A stretch of 64,000 nt of DNA from Leptolyngbyaceae cyanobacterium (GTDB taxonomy: Bacteria; Cyanobacteriota; Cyanobacteriia; Phormidesmidales; Phormidesmidaceae). Below the pieces are notes generated by a model. That model did no database searches. It was not told where the DNA came from and was given only the letters and a program-made list of their open reading frames with translations. This document shows positions 52,055-63,086 of this stretch, in pieces; position 1 is the first letter of the stretch; each line of letters begins with the position of its first letter. The stretch spans positions 1 to 64,000 of the forward strand of contig JBHJHA010000012.1 in NCBI GenBank assembly GCA_050331235.1, given 5' to 3'. A program made the translations under genes and the position numbers.

Positions 52055-52414
52055 ATGCCTAGCGACATCATTCAAACTGTCATGTCTTCAGAGGAGTCCA
52101 TCGTACTGTTTGAAATGAGCGATGCCCGGGGGCAGTCTGTTACCACCTGCCGCCATCCCCAAGAACTCGCGACTAAGTCCGCTCAGGCTCTTATTCAAGC
52201 CATGGGCACCATTCAAGCATTGGCCAATCGCACCTCAGAAACCTTAGGCAAGCTGCCCCAAGCTCCAGACAGTTGCGAAATTGAGTTTGGCATCAAAGTA
52301 GATATAACTGCTGGGGCGATGGTGAGCAACTCATCAGAAAGCAGCAATTTACGCGTCAAATTTGTCTGGTCAGCTAACCCATCTCAGCCGAGCAACAATC
52401 AACAGAGGGGGTAA
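52055..52414 (+). CDS. Trypco1 / CU044_2847-like protein
   Basis: PDSCEIEFGIKVDITAGAMV..SNLRVKFVW. Confidence 0.7.
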   Translation: MPSDIIQTVMSSEESIVLFEMSDARGQSVTTCRHPQELATKSAQALIQAMGTIQALANRTSETLGKLPQAPDSCEIEFGIKVDITAGAMVSNSSESSNLRVKFVWSANPSQPSNNQQRG

Positions 52415-52553
52415 AACGCGATCGCAGTTCTAAGAGAACAGCTCGATACCAGACAACAGCACAAGACTCGAATTGGGACTGGCGAGAGTAGCCAGACATC
52501 TAATGGCAATAACGGTTATACGGTTATATGGAACAGTCCCGCAGAATCGAAGC

Positions 52554-53225
52554 CTAGATGTACATCCGATTCCAACTGTTGTCTCGTAGCTGCTCTAATT
52601 GAATAATCAAGTAGCGGTGCTGCGTTTGCAGCCAACCTTCGGTTTTGAAGTCTTTTAGGAGCCGCGTTACGGTCACTCGAGTCGTGCCAATAGCGGTAGC
52701 GAGTTGGTGGTGAGTCAGCCGAACGGGAATGCGTACACCACAGGTCTCAACTTGCCCAAAATCTTGGGCAATCAATAGCAGCAGCTGCCGTAAGCGATCA
52801 GCGACTAACCGCTTCCCCGAAATCGCTAGCCAAGCCTCTGACTGCTGCAAACGGAGCATCAGGTGCCGGCAAATTCCCGCCATGAGAATTGGTGAAGACT
52901 CAACCTCGGCCATCGGCAAAGGCAATACATCAACATCTGTCAAGGCTGTAGCCCAGTAGGGGTCAACCATAGTCAAGGGCAACCCAATGGGCATGGATGG
53001 CCCAGCCAGACCCAACAAGGTTTCGCTGCCGTCCTGCTGAATGGTGTAAAGCTGCACTACGCCGCGACAGATAATCAGAACCTCATTGTGACGTAGAGGA
53101 ATCGTTCGTCCCGCCAAATGGGGAGTCAGCGTGCGCTCTCGATAGAGCTGCTCCAAAACCGCGACGAAATCTCCAGGGGAAGATTTACTGACAGTAGGTT
53201 GAAGCAAAGAGGGTTTTGCAAACAC
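52554..53225 (-). CDS. Crp/Fnr family regulator
   Basis: C-terminal HTH LTHHQLATAIGTTRVTVTRLL. Confidence 0.9.
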   Translation of the reverse strand: MFAKPSLLQPTVSKSSPGDFVAVLEQLYRERTLTPHLAGRTIPLRHNEVLIICRGVVQLYTIQQDGSETLLGLAGPSMPIGLPLTMVDPYWATALTDVDVLPLPMAEVESSPILMAGICRHLMLRLQQSEAWLAISGKRLVADRLRQLLLLIAQDFGQVETCGVRIPVRLTHHQLATAIGTTRVTVTRLLKDFKTEGWLQTQHRYLIIQLEQLRDNSWNRMYI

Positions 53226-53435
53226 GGCTGATTACCCGGAAAAGGATCAAAAATATCCCGTAGAGGTGCCTTATCAAATCTGGTAAGGAGGTAAGCGCTG
53301 GTGCCTAAGCGGCAGGCGGCACATTACACTGCCCCGAAATATCTCTAGTTGCCATGTTCGACAATTTTTCTTAAGTTTGAGCGATCTTGCGTTTAACAAT
53401 TAATTAACATCCGAATAAGCTCCTGTCACTGGAGC

Positions 53436-54839
53436 TTACATGCAGGTTCGAACATCTTGTACTGTCCCCGCGATTGCGGCGGCGGCAACCATGGCCGGAC
53501 TCATCAGCAGGGTACGTCCTGATGCCGAGCCCTGCCGCCCCTTAAAGTTTCGGTTAGAAGAAGACGCGCTTATTTGATTGCCTTGGAGTTTGTCTGGATT
53601 CATGGCCAAACACATCGAGCAACCCGCCTCCCGCCACTCAAAGCCAGCCGCTGCAAAAATAGTATCCAGGCCTTCTGCCTCCGCTGCTTGCTTGACACGT
53701 TCTGATCCCGGCACCACAAAGGCCTTCACCGTAGGCGAAACTTTATGCCCTTGCACAATTTTGGCGGCTTCGCGGAGATCGCTCAGGCGGCCATTAGTAC
53801 AGCTCCCGATAAAGCAAACATTGACGGGGGTGCCTTGGATGGGTGTACCAGGCTGTAAGTCCATATAGCGATATGCTTCTTGGGCGATCGCGCGATCGTC
53901 TTCTGCCAACTCCTCTAGCGCTGGAATCTGTTCATCAATGCCGATGCCTTGGCCTGGCGTAATCCCCCAGGTCACAGTCGGGGGAATGTCGGCCGCCTCA
54001 AACACGACGACATCATCGTATTCCGCGTCCGCATCGCTGCGCAGCTGATTCCACCAATTCACCGCCTGTTCCCACTGAGCGGCACTGGGCGCAAACTCCC
54101 GACCCCGCAGGTAGTCGTAAGTGATTTGGTCGGGGTTGACATAGCCACAACGAGCGCCCCCTTCGATGGACATATTACACAGGGTCATGCGTTCTTCCAT
54201 AGACATCGCTGCAATGGTGCTACCTGCATATTCATAGGCATAACCGACACCGCCTTTGACGCCGAGCTGGCGGATGATATGCAAGGTCACATCTTTGGCA
54301 TAGACGCCCGGCGGTAACTCGCCATTTACTTCGATTCGCCGCACTTTGAGTTTAGAAAGTGACAGGGTTTGTGAGGCCAAGACATCGCGAACTTGGCTGG
54401 TGCCGATGCCAAAGGCGATCGCGCCAAAAGCTCCATGGGTTGAGGTGTGGCTATCGCCGCAGGCGATCGTCATGCCGGGTTGGGTCAAGCCCTGCTCCGG
54501 AGCGATGACATGGACAATGCCTTGACTACCGGAACCAATGTTATGGAACGTAATATTGTGGTCCCGGCAGTTTTGCTCCAGAGCTTCAATCATTTCCTCA
54601 GCTAGCACGTCGACAAAGGGACGAGCTTGGCTATCGGTGGGCACGATATGATCCACGGTGGCGATAGTGCGCTCAGGGAACATCACAGGTAACCCCCGCT
54701 CTCGCAGCATGGCGAAGGCTTGGGGGCTAGTCACTTCATGGATTAAGTGCAGACCAATGAAAAGCTGAGTCTGACCAGAATCAAGTGTGCCGACGGTGTG
54801 TAGATCCCAAACTTTATCAAATAAGGTGCCTTGACTCAT
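53436..54839 (-). CDS. leuC: 3-isopropylmalate dehydratase large subunit
   Basis: [31 protein letters not shown]. Confidence 0.97.
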   Translation of the reverse strand: MSQGTLFDKVWDLHTVGTLDSGQTQLFIGLHLIHEVTSPQAFAMLRERGLPVMFPERTIATVDHIVPTDSQARPFVDVLAEEMIEALEQNCRDHNITFHNIGSGSQGIVHVIAPEQGLTQPGMTIACGDSHTSTHGAFGAIAFGIGTSQVRDVLASQTLSLSKLKVRRIEVNGELPPGVYAKDVTLHIIRQLGVKGGVGYAYEYAGSTIAAMSMEERMTLCNMSIEGGARCGYVNPDQITYDYLRGREFAPSAAQWEQAVNWWNQLRSDADAEYDDVVVFEAADIPPTVTWGITPGQGIGIDEQIPALEELAEDDRAIAQEAYRYMDLQPGTPIQGTPVNVCFIGSCTNGRLSDLREAAKIVQGHKVSPTVKAFVVPGSERVKQAAEAEGLDTIFAAAGFEWREAGCSMCLAMNPDKLQGNQISASSSNRNFKGRQGSASGRTLLMSPAMVAAAAIAGTVQDVRTCM

Positions 54840-54977
54840 GCCTGCAAATCCTGACTAAGTGAGCTTTTCAGATGATCATACTAGCCCATTCACTGGTCGT
54901 TAGACAGAGATGCGCTGGGTTCAGATGCTGGGCACCCAGCAAAACCGCTGGCAAGTTCGAGGATCTACAGGAGGCAT

Positions 54978-55529
54978 TTAATCTAAGCTATTTTGCTGAA
55001 GAGCCGTCGCGTAGGCGCGGTCAAAGAGGGTCTCTAAGGGGATGTGGGTATTGCGTATGGTATCAACAACGCGCTTACACCAAAAACAATATTCCCGTCG
55101 TTGTGCGGTGGGCCAATCAGCTGGCGGAGCGATCGCAATATCTCGAACATTTGCAATCTTGTCAGCGAGCTTGACGAGCTTAGCGCGATCGCTCATGGTT
55201 GCCGCGTGTTCAACTTGCTGTTGTTTGCGTACAGCTTCAGGTAACGATTTGTCGTCCGTGAGTTCTTCGACCACCCGGGCCACCTCGGGGCCAAACTGGT
55301 CGCGGATTTCCGCCAAGGTCGTCGCGGTATCTTCAACCGTGTCATGGAGAAGCGCTCCCATGAGCACAACGGAATCTTCTACCTGGACCTCACGCACCAA
55401 AATATTAAGCAACTCGATGGGATGGTTGATATAAGGCGTACTTTGCGGATCTTTGCGGCGCTGTCGCCGATGTTTATGGGTGGCAAAATGTAGGGCTGCA
55501 GTGATTTCCGGTAAAGCAGGTTGAGACAT
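54978..55529 (-). CDS. Stand-alone RelA/SpoT-type HD hydrolase (Mesh1/SAH-like)
   Basis: HRRQRRK, PYINHP, LHDTVEDT, VKLADKIAN. Confidence 0.85.
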   Translation of the reverse strand: MSQPALPEITAALHFATHKHRRQRRKDPQSTPYINHPIELLNILVREVQVEDSVVLMGALLHDTVEDTATTLAEIRDQFGPEVARVVEELTDDKSLPEAVRKQQQVEHAATMSDRAKLVKLADKIANVRDIAIAPPADWPTAQRREYCFWCKRVVDTIRNTHIPLETLFDRAYATALQQNSLD

Positions 55530-55838
55530 ATCGCGACGGGGAAAAGGTGCAGAAAGTTCAAAGGGTAGAGCAGGCGATCATTACAAGCGATTCGTCGGCG
55601 ATTGCCAATGGCCAACCCTGGCGGCTGCTCGCGGTCACCGGGGGTGCGCCGCCCGTAGCAGCCCAGTGCGAGGAGATATCACTGCCTCCTCGCATAGATT
55701 CAAACTAGCGCAGTACCCAGTGACTGTTCGGTTTCCGCTTTGTGGATGCCGATAGGGCCGCTGTCCGCCCGGATATTTTCGCGCCGTGGGCTGAATGGCA
55801 GTTCATTGATGGGTTCTAATCTTTGCAACCGATCGCGC

Positions 55839-56171
55839 CTAGGCTCCCTCACAAACGGGGGAAGGCACCATAGAGCTGCTGCGTCGATAATCAGCTAGAT
55901 ACTGCTCGAGTTGGCCAAACTGCTCTAGGGACAAGCTGTAATAAGTCCAACGTCCTTGAGGGCGTGCCTTAACTAAGCCAGCGTCTTTGAGAACGCGCAA
56001 ATGAAATGACAGCTTGGACTGACTAACCGATAACGCTTCGCACAGATCGCAGACGCACATTTCTTGAGAACGCAACAGTTGAATGACATGAACGCGGAGT
56101 GGATCAGACAAGGCATGAAACCCGGCCAAACAATTTTTGGGGTTGACTTCCGCAGTTTTGACGTTATTCAT
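55839..56171 (-). CDS. ArsR/SmtB family regulator
   Basis: ALSDPLR, EMCVCDL, SQSKLSFHL. Confidence 0.9.
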   Translation of the reverse strand: MNNVKTAEVNPKNCLAGFHALSDPLRVHVIQLLRSQEMCVCDLCEALSVSQSKLSFHLRVLKDAGLVKARPQGRWTYYSLSLEQFGQLEQYLADYRRSSSMVPSPVCEGA

Positions 56172-56917
56172 AAGGTCGTATCGATTGGTGAGTACATAGT
56201 AACGAAGTTGATCCCGGCTTGTAATATGCCTAACGCAGTAACTGAAGCCGTCACTGCGCGTAAAACAGTACCGCCTAGGGTGACTGGCTGATAGCCTTGG
56301 GCGATCGCCTGCGCCATTTCAGACTCTGTCCATCCCCCTTCTGGACCAACGGCAATTTGAACAGCCGTCAGTGGGGTGGTTAAACATACTGATAACAGCG
56401 ACGGAGCAGCCCGTCGGGCAACACAAATTAACCGGTAATCCTGTGACTCTTGCGATGACCAATGAGACCAGTCTATGGGCTCTCTGACATGAGGGACGAG
56501 CAAGCGTTCCGATTGTTCCCCAGCTTCGGCCGCAATGCGCTGCCACCGCTGCAGCTTATGAGCGCTGGGTTTGAGCAAGGTGCGATCGCTTAAAATAGGC
56601 ACAATTTCGTCCACTCCTAGCTCTGTTGCCTGTCGGACAACCTCATCAAAGCCTTGCTTAGGCAAGCAAGCGGCTAAGGTTAAGCGGACTTTGGCAGCCG
56701 ACAGCGGCGGGCTAGAAATTTCTGAACACACCGTTATCTCAGCGTGGGTACCTGTGGCCTGAAGTGTCGCTTGCCAAACCTGTCCCTGTCCGTCTAAAGC
56801 CAGAAAGCGATCGCCCCCTTTAAGCCGCAACACTCGCTGCAAATAATGCTGCTGAGCGGCTGTCAGCGTGAGACAGTTGCCGGTAATTTGAACCGGGTTG
56901 ACAACGATTCTCTGCAC
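56168..56917 (-). CDS. rsmE: 16S rRNA m3U1498 methyltransferase
   Basis: HYLQRVLRL, ATELGV, GPEGG, LRAVTA. Confidence 0.93.
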   Translation of the reverse strand: MQRIVVNPVQITGNCLTLTAAQQHYLQRVLRLKGGDRFLALDGQGQVWQATLQATGTHAEITVCSEISSPPLSAAKVRLTLAACLPKQGFDEVVRQATELGVDEIVPILSDRTLLKPSAHKLQRWQRIAAEAGEQSERLLVPHVREPIDWSHWSSQESQDYRLICVARRAAPSLLSVCLTTPLTAVQIAVGPEGGWTESEMAQAIAQGYQPVTLGGTVLRAVTASVTALGILQAGINFVTMYSPIDTTL

Positions 56918-56928
56918 GTCAGCCCACT

Positions 56929-57591
56929 TTAGGTCAGGTCGATGAGTTGAGTATAGGTAATCACTTGAGTCTCTGGATCAAACTTGAGCGCTAGGGCCAA
57001 CTGATTGCGTACCAGCTCGAGGCCCGCCGCCGAAGTGGAATCTACCTCCCAGCACAATTCGGTCAGCCGGGTAAGCGTGGTATCTAGGTCAGCCCCCAAA
57101 AAATTATGGGGAAAGCTATAGGTTGCTTCAAAGCCATACTCTGGTTGTGCCGGTGGCCCGTCCGGCAGGCGAATTTCTAAGGCCGTGTCGCCTTCCGGGT
57201 TGACCATGGCCCGGTATTCTAAATCTCCCTGCTGGTTAGCGTAAACTCGCCAAGGATCTGCCTCACCCTCTGATTGGACAACATACGCTAACACGCTATT
57301 GAGGTCGGTATATCCTGTCTCTTTGTTATAGACGTTGAGATAGGTCAGTCCCTCCTGGCGAAATACTCTCACTAGATAATGCTGAGTCTCAAACCTCAAT
57401 AATGTAAGTGAGGAATTGTCAGTCTCAACGGTTTCCAGGGCGTTGCCGCTAGTTTGCGCTAGGGCACTTGGGGCAGCCCAATCAACGACTGCACTGGTGA
57501 TTGGCAAAGCATATAGCGCCAGCACCAAACTGACTAAACCCGCCGGGTTGAGTCGATTCAATAGAGAGGTTGAAAATCGCATATTTTTCAC
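56929..57591 (-). CDS. Hypothetical exported protein
   Basis: Signal peptide ending ALA-Q; FETQHYLVRVF. Confidence 0.7.
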   Translation of the reverse strand: MKNMRFSTSLLNRLNPAGLVSLVLALYALPITSAVVDWAAPSALAQTSGNALETVETDNSSLTLLRFETQHYLVRVFRQEGLTYLNVYNKETGYTDLNSVLAYVVQSEGEADPWRVYANQQGDLEYRAMVNPEGDTALEIRLPDGPPAQPEYGFEATYSFPHNFLGADLDTTLTRLTELCWEVDSTSAAGLELVRNQLALALKFDPETQVITYTQLIDLT

Positions 57592-57936
57592 TCATCAGCA
57601 CACACATAGCCCCCTATGATACGGGAAGCTGTTTAATCCCGTTGTTGGTGAAGCCGCTGCGCGCAGGTTTCTTTGACAACAGATTAGGAGGGGATTCTTT
57701 GCTGAGACGTCGGCGGTGCAAGAGTGTTCCAGCCACCGCTGACAACCACCGCCGCCTTGCCAAAACTGATAGGAATCTAGTTACTCAGGGCATCGGTCAA
57801 GATACCGGTTGGTAAAGCTCGGATTTACCCTAAAAGCCTGGATCCGAACCTCCTCGCTGCATCATCCCCGTCGAATTACCTGAAGGACAGCCTACGTCTT
57901 CGACAGCGGGCCGGAGCCAGCATAGCCAGCGCTAGA

Positions 57937-58920
57937 TTAGGTGATGAGGCACGCTTCTGCCTTCAGATCCCGCTCCATTAAAGCTTCTACAGCTTCTTGG
58001 GGAGATATCTTGCCGTTGAGCAAACGATAGACCTGCCTGGAAATTGGAGCTGGAATGCCTTCTCGATTAGCAATTTGCATTAAGACATTAGTAGTATTGA
58101 CGCCTTCAGCCGTACTGCCGATATCGGCCAAAATTTGGTCCAAGGATTTGCCTTGGGCTAAGCCATAGCCAACTCGGTAGTTACGACTCAAGACGCTGGT
58201 GCAAGTCGCTAACATATCTCCCAATCCCGATAAGCCGATAAAGGTGTCGGGCTGTCCGCCGAGGTGGGTGCCGATGCGAATCATTTCTGGCAAGGCTCGG
58301 GTCATAAGTGCCGATCGCGCGTTAGAGCCTAGTTCTAATCCTTCACAGATGCCAACGGCGATCGCTACTACATTTTTTAGCGTACCGCCAAGTTCTGCGC
58401 CCAGGGGATCGGGACTACTGTAAACCCGAAAGATATCGGAGGAAAACAGATATTGAACGGCTTCGGCAGCATCCGGATGGGAACTGGCTGCCACCGTCGC
58501 TGCCGGTAGACCTTGTTCAATTTCCTTTGATAGATTAGGGCCCGATAATACCACCACAGGATTATTCGGAAACGTATCCTGCAAAATTTGAGACGGTGTT
58601 CGAGTTGTCTCTGGATCTAATCCCTTAGTGGCCGTGACTAAGATGGTCTCGGAGGGAATCTTGAGGGCCTTGAGTTGCTCAGCAACGGTCGGCACCCCCT
58701 TCATCGAAACAGCTGACAAAATCACGTGAGCACCTTTGACAGCTTCGGCCATGGATAAACGGCCCCGCCGCGACCAGAGACACACAGTATGATCGTTTTT
58801 CTCGACCAGTTTGGCTAAAGCTGTGCCCCAGGCTCCAGCTCCCAAGATTGTCAAATCTGCCGACTCCTGCTGCACCTGTTCGGCATCGATTGAAATCGGG
58901 GATGTGACATTAGCATCCAT
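57937..58920 (-). CDS. gpsA: NAD(P)H-dependent glycerol-3-phosphate dehydrogenase
   Basis: GAGAWGTAL, SGPNL, LKNVVAIA, GLGD, SRNY. Confidence 0.95.
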   Translation of the reverse strand: MDANVTSPISIDAEQVQQESADLTILGAGAWGTALAKLVEKNDHTVCLWSRRGRLSMAEAVKGAHVILSAVSMKGVPTVAEQLKALKIPSETILVTATKGLDPETTRTPSQILQDTFPNNPVVVLSGPNLSKEIEQGLPAATVAASSHPDAAEAVQYLFSSDIFRVYSSPDPLGAELGGTLKNVVAIAVGICEGLELGSNARSALMTRALPEMIRIGTHLGGQPDTFIGLSGLGDMLATCTSVLSRNYRVGYGLAQGKSLDQILADIGSTAEGVNTTNVLMQIANREGIPAPISRQVYRLLNGKISPQEAVEALMERDLKAEACLIT

Positions 58921-59009
58921 AGCTTGATAGGTATCCGTGGAAACAACCTGAACTGATCATAGGAGAGCACGGCTCTGACAAAAAGGGCGGATTGTTACTA
59001 AACCAGCCC

Positions 59010-60701
59010 CTAAACCGCCTGCAGCGATCGCCCGGCCTCTTGAGCTAAGGCGTAGTCAGGAATGCAGTTTTCCTCCATAAACTGACGGTAGGTTTGGGCC
59101 TCCTGCTCACATTTCGCGGCATCCCACCCGCAGTGCTGCCGCAAGGTCTCCAAGATCGGCTCCAATACATCAAGACCATAGTTAGCATTCATCGCTAGGG
59201 TCGTCCGCCGCCGCGTAAAGTCTAAAACTGAATGGGCCATCTCGCGCTTCATCGCAAACACGACCTCAGCCCGAAGATTCGGGTGCGTTGCGATCAACCG
59301 CTCAGCTAAATCCGGATGCTCGTCAATGAGTGCCAACACTTCCACCGCGCGAGCGCCATAAACATTGAAGAGGTAGTCGAGCCCCTCAACGCCGACGCGA
59401 TCGCGGTAGCGGTCATAGGCGGTTTTAAGACGTTTATCATCGGGCCAGATACAACCTGGCAGCGGCCGCTTGCGTGTCGGCGCAGACGAAACGGACTTGC
59501 CCATTTTCTTCAGGGCCCAGTTGGTCATCTCTTCCCCGACTTGGCGGTGTGTGGTGAGCTTGCCGCCAATCAGCGATACCAAGTTGCGAACGCCTTCTTT
59601 GGTGTGGTCATTGAGAATGTGGGCTCGGGTGATACTGCCCGCTTTTTTACCTTCGGCGTAGGGCAAAGGACGAACGCCCGAATAGGTGAACTTAACATCC
59701 TGACGGGTGAGCCGTGCCGTGGGCAACACGCGATTAGTTTCTTTCAACAGATAGTCAACTTCATCGTCATCGACTTTGACACGATCGAGGTCGCCGGTAT
59801 ATTTCAAATCCGTCGTTCCAATGAGATACTGACCACACCAAGGCACCACAAAGAAAGGCCGCCCGTCAGATTTTGCTTCGACATAAAGGGCGGTGTCTGG
59901 AGCACCAGGGAAAGGATCAACAATGATATGGCTCCCTTTAGTGCCACCAATTTTACGCTCATCGCTAATAGGGGCGGATTGGCCATCCCGTTGGCCGAGG
60001 CCAAGCACTCGATCAACCCACGGTCCAGAGGTGTTGACGACTACCGCATGGTCGGGGAGAGAAACCGTGAAATCTTCCTCCGCGATTTGATCATAGGCCG
60101 TAAGACCAGTGATGCGATCGCCTACTCGCTTGAGGCCAGTGACCGTTGCATAATTGAGAACATCGGCTCCCGCTGTTTGAGCATCCAACAGAATTTCTAA
60201 GCAAAGGCGCTCCGCACATTCAGCTTGGCCGTCATAATACTGCGCAGCGCCCTTCAAATTGTCACGATCAACTGAACGAAAGAGCTGCTGCATTTTCGCC
60301 TCTGACAGCATGCGGTGATTAGGCAGCGTCTTGTCGTAGCTCAAGACATCGTACAAAATCATCCCAGCCTGGATTTCCCAATAGCTACGAGTCCCGCTGC
60401 CATAAATAGGAATGGTCATTTGAATTGGCTGCACTAAATGAGGCGCCGTGTGCAACAAAATTTCCCGCTCTCGCAGCGACTCCCGCACCAGATTAAATTC
60501 AAAATATTCTAGATAACGCAAGCCGCCGTGTACTAAACGAGTGGACCAACTGGTAGTGCCGCCAGCAAAGTCGTTTTTTTCGATGAGCAGGACTGATAGT
60601 CCTCGCAGGGCGGAGTCGCGAGCCGTAGCGGCACCATTGACGCCGCCCCCGATAATGACAACGTCGTAATCGCGACGTTGAATGGCTTGGAGATCTCTCA
60701 T
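59010..60701 (-). CDS. glpD: FAD-dependent glycerol-3-phosphate dehydrogenase
   Basis: IIGGGVNG, STRLVHGGLRYLE, GTTD, GVRPL, GGKLTT. Confidence 0.94.
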   Translation of the reverse strand: MRDLQAIQRRDYDVVIIGGGVNGAATARDSALRGLSVLLIEKNDFAGGTTSWSTRLVHGGLRYLEYFEFNLVRESLREREILLHTAPHLVQPIQMTIPIYGSGTRSYWEIQAGMILYDVLSYDKTLPNHRMLSEAKMQQLFRSVDRDNLKGAAQYYDGQAECAERLCLEILLDAQTAGADVLNYATVTGLKRVGDRITGLTAYDQIAEEDFTVSLPDHAVVVNTSGPWVDRVLGLGQRDGQSAPISDERKIGGTKGSHIIVDPFPGAPDTALYVEAKSDGRPFFVVPWCGQYLIGTTDLKYTGDLDRVKVDDDEVDYLLKETNRVLPTARLTRQDVKFTYSGVRPLPYAEGKKAGSITRAHILNDHTKEGVRNLVSLIGGKLTTHRQVGEEMTNWALKKMGKSVSSAPTRKRPLPGCIWPDDKRLKTAYDRYRDRVGVEGLDYLFNVYGARAVEVLALIDEHPDLAERLIATHPNLRAEVVFAMKREMAHSVLDFTRRRTTLAMNANYGLDVLEPILETLRQHCGWDAAKCEQEAQTYRQFMEENCIPDYALAQEAGRSLQAV

Positions 60702-60880
60702 CGATAAAGGTCCTAAAGTGCGGCAATAACAGAAAAACTGCGCAAATGGCGCGGCTTGCTAATCTATGCAATGACGGTCAAAGCGCCGGTGGCCTATGGT
60801 GTCTCTATGGAGGTTTTCTAGAACTCCCTAGCCCATCGGGATGATTCCCGACGCTTTTGACGCCAAAAAGTAACTTCTCT

Positions 60881-62380
60881 TTACACTAACGCAGGTTTCC
60901 CAGGTGTCGCCGTAGCATTCGCTTCACGGAACATGTGGTTTGCCCATTCTTTAACGTCATACTGCTGCACCACTTGATGGAGGCGCTGCATGCGCTCTTT
61001 TTGTTCCTCAGGACTCATCGCCAGTGCCTGATCCATGGACTCATCCATGTGCTTGTCAGAGTAAGGATTCGTGAGAATCGCATCAGGCAACTCCACGGCA
61101 GAACCGGTGAATTCGGACAAAATCAGAACGCCATCTTTGCCTTGGTGGGCTGAAATGTATTCTTTAGCCACTAAATTCAGACCATCGCGCAGGGGCGGAA
61201 TCCAAGCAATGTCGGCAGTACCATAAAAAGCCATGAGTTCGTGGTAAGGCACGGGCTCCGTAAAGAGCAAAATCGGTGTCCAATTGAGCTTAGAGAACCG
61301 GCCATTGATTTTGCCGACGAGCTGCTCAATTTGGCTTTGGGCAGTTTTGTACACCCGCATACCCGCCGCCGCTTTGACTGCAGTCATGACTAAATTCACC
61401 TTGCCCTGAAGCTCAGGCCGACGTAGGAGTAACCGCTCATAGCACAGCAGCATTTCTTTTGCGCCTTTGACATAGTCAACGCGACCGGCTGAGACGATTA
61501 GCTTGTTGTCGCCGATATCGTTGCGGATTTTTTGAATACTTTCTTGGACCTTATCGGAGTTGACGACCTCAGCGATATATTCGGGGTTAGTCCCGACGGG
61601 AAAGGCATCTAACTGAATTGTGCGTCCCTGATACTCCAGCTTGGAAGTCATTTCAGGTTCTGCTAGGGCGGAGCCATGGGGTGTAAAGGCCTCTCGAACT
61701 GGACCTTTTTCAGCAATTTTGACATCTCTGAGGCTACGGGCAACGGAAACAAAGTTTTCCACATAGCGTGGGATGTGGAAACCGCAGAGGTCACAGCAGA
61801 GGAGACTGTCGACGATCGCCTGGCGCCAATGCAAAATGTTGAACACGTCGGCGGCTGGAAACGGTGTGTGGTGGAAAAACGCGATTTTTACATTCGGCAT
61901 TTTTTGCCGGATGTAATAGGGGGTTAACCACAGGTTGTAGTCGTGAATCCAAATCAGAGCATCGTCGGCAGCGTCTTCACAAGCCGCGTCAGCAAATAAT
62001 TGGTTAATCGCCTGAAAGTTTTCCCAGTCCGAGCTTTCATAGGTGAAATGCTCGGGGAAAGAGTGCAGAATAGGCCAAAACGCTTCTTTAGCAGTGATGT
62101 AATAGAAGTCCTTCACCTGCTGGGCACTGAGCGGAATCCGACGTACCTGACAGCTTTCGTTGCCCCCTTCCATCACTACGCGTTCTTCAAAGTTGGCCTG
62201 CTGTTTGGCTGTCATCTGCTTCCAAGCAATCCAGGTGCTGCTTTCAGCGTTGGCAAAAAAGGTTTTGAGGGTGGGTACGATGCCGTTGGGACTTTTCTTA
62301 TCTCGATAGACTGTCTTACCATCGACGACGACTTCGTCATAGGGTTCACGATGGTAGAGGATCACGAGGGAGGATTTCAT
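60881..62380 (-). CDS. ggpS: Glucosylglycerol-phosphate synthase (GT20)
   Basis: MKSSLVILYHREPYDE, WIHDYNLW, FFHHTPFP, RVDYVKG, DGLNLVAKE; clustered with glpD and gpsA. Confidence 0.93.
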   Translation of the reverse strand: MKSSLVILYHREPYDEVVVDGKTVYRDKKSPNGIVPTLKTFFANAESSTWIAWKQMTAKQQANFEERVVMEGGNESCQVRRIPLSAQQVKDFYYITAKEAFWPILHSFPEHFTYESSDWENFQAINQLFADAACEDAADDALIWIHDYNLWLTPYYIRQKMPNVKIAFFHHTPFPAADVFNILHWRQAIVDSLLCCDLCGFHIPRYVENFVSVARSLRDVKIAEKGPVREAFTPHGSALAEPEMTSKLEYQGRTIQLDAFPVGTNPEYIAEVVNSDKVQESIQKIRNDIGDNKLIVSAGRVDYVKGAKEMLLCYERLLLRRPELQGKVNLVMTAVKAAAGMRVYKTAQSQIEQLVGKINGRFSKLNWTPILLFTEPVPYHELMAFYGTADIAWIPPLRDGLNLVAKEYISAHQGKDGVLILSEFTGSAVELPDAILTNPYSDKHMDESMDQALAMSPEEQKERMQRLHQVVQQYDVKEWANHMFREANATATPGKPALV

Positions 62381-63086
62381 ATCAGGGTCTCCTGACTACG
62401 TTTAATAATGCATTGAGCGCGACGTCGGCCTGTTCATCCAGTCAAGGACTTGGTCTGTGGAAACTTTCCTGACCGGTAGGAAGGACCATTGGTGCCACCC
62501 TGGTGGGTTGCCTAGCCACAAGCCGCATGGTGTCACGACGATTTCGTTTCCAACATAACCGCTGAAGGTCGCCGGACGGCAATCTTATCAAACGTCCTTA
62601 AGGTGTTTGAGACTTCCCTCAAGCGATAGATGTTGATCTAGAGAAGATGGACACATCGCTTGCTAGGGGCTGGATTGAGCTTGATTGCGAGCAGCGGTAG
62701 TGGCGGCAGCGGCCTGTCGTTTCTGCGATCGCCTGGGCGAAGACCGTCACATATCGGAATGATTGCAGTAGCCTTGTAAGGGAATGGTGTTTACCAGCTC
62801 CGATGATCAAAATTCAGTAGTCAATGAGGTGATTAACGTTACCAGTACAGGGACTCAACCACCGACGCCCAGTAGCAGTTGGGCAATGCTTAAAGCAATG
62901 GGCGCTTTGCCCAGCGAAGGTTAGCTGCCACACTGGAGTCACGTTGACTGTAGGCCACCTCCTGCGATCGCCCCTTCCCAGTTTGACTTTGTTTTGACTT
63001 GATAAAACTCTCAACTATTGATTAGCCGACAGTTGTAATTATCTTTTTATTTCAAGCACTATCCCTCACTCAAGAGAAGCGTTACC

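Noticed and set aside
55560..55830. Riboswitch or SRP RNA in the HD-arsR gap
   Set aside because: Only one hairpin; no cobalamin-box or SRP consensus found.
59316..60200. 294-aa plus-strand ORF and other long antisense ORFs (e.g. 49859-50503, 31952-32452, 13234-13731)
   Set aside because: Antisense shadows of well-supported genes, with no recognisable motifs.
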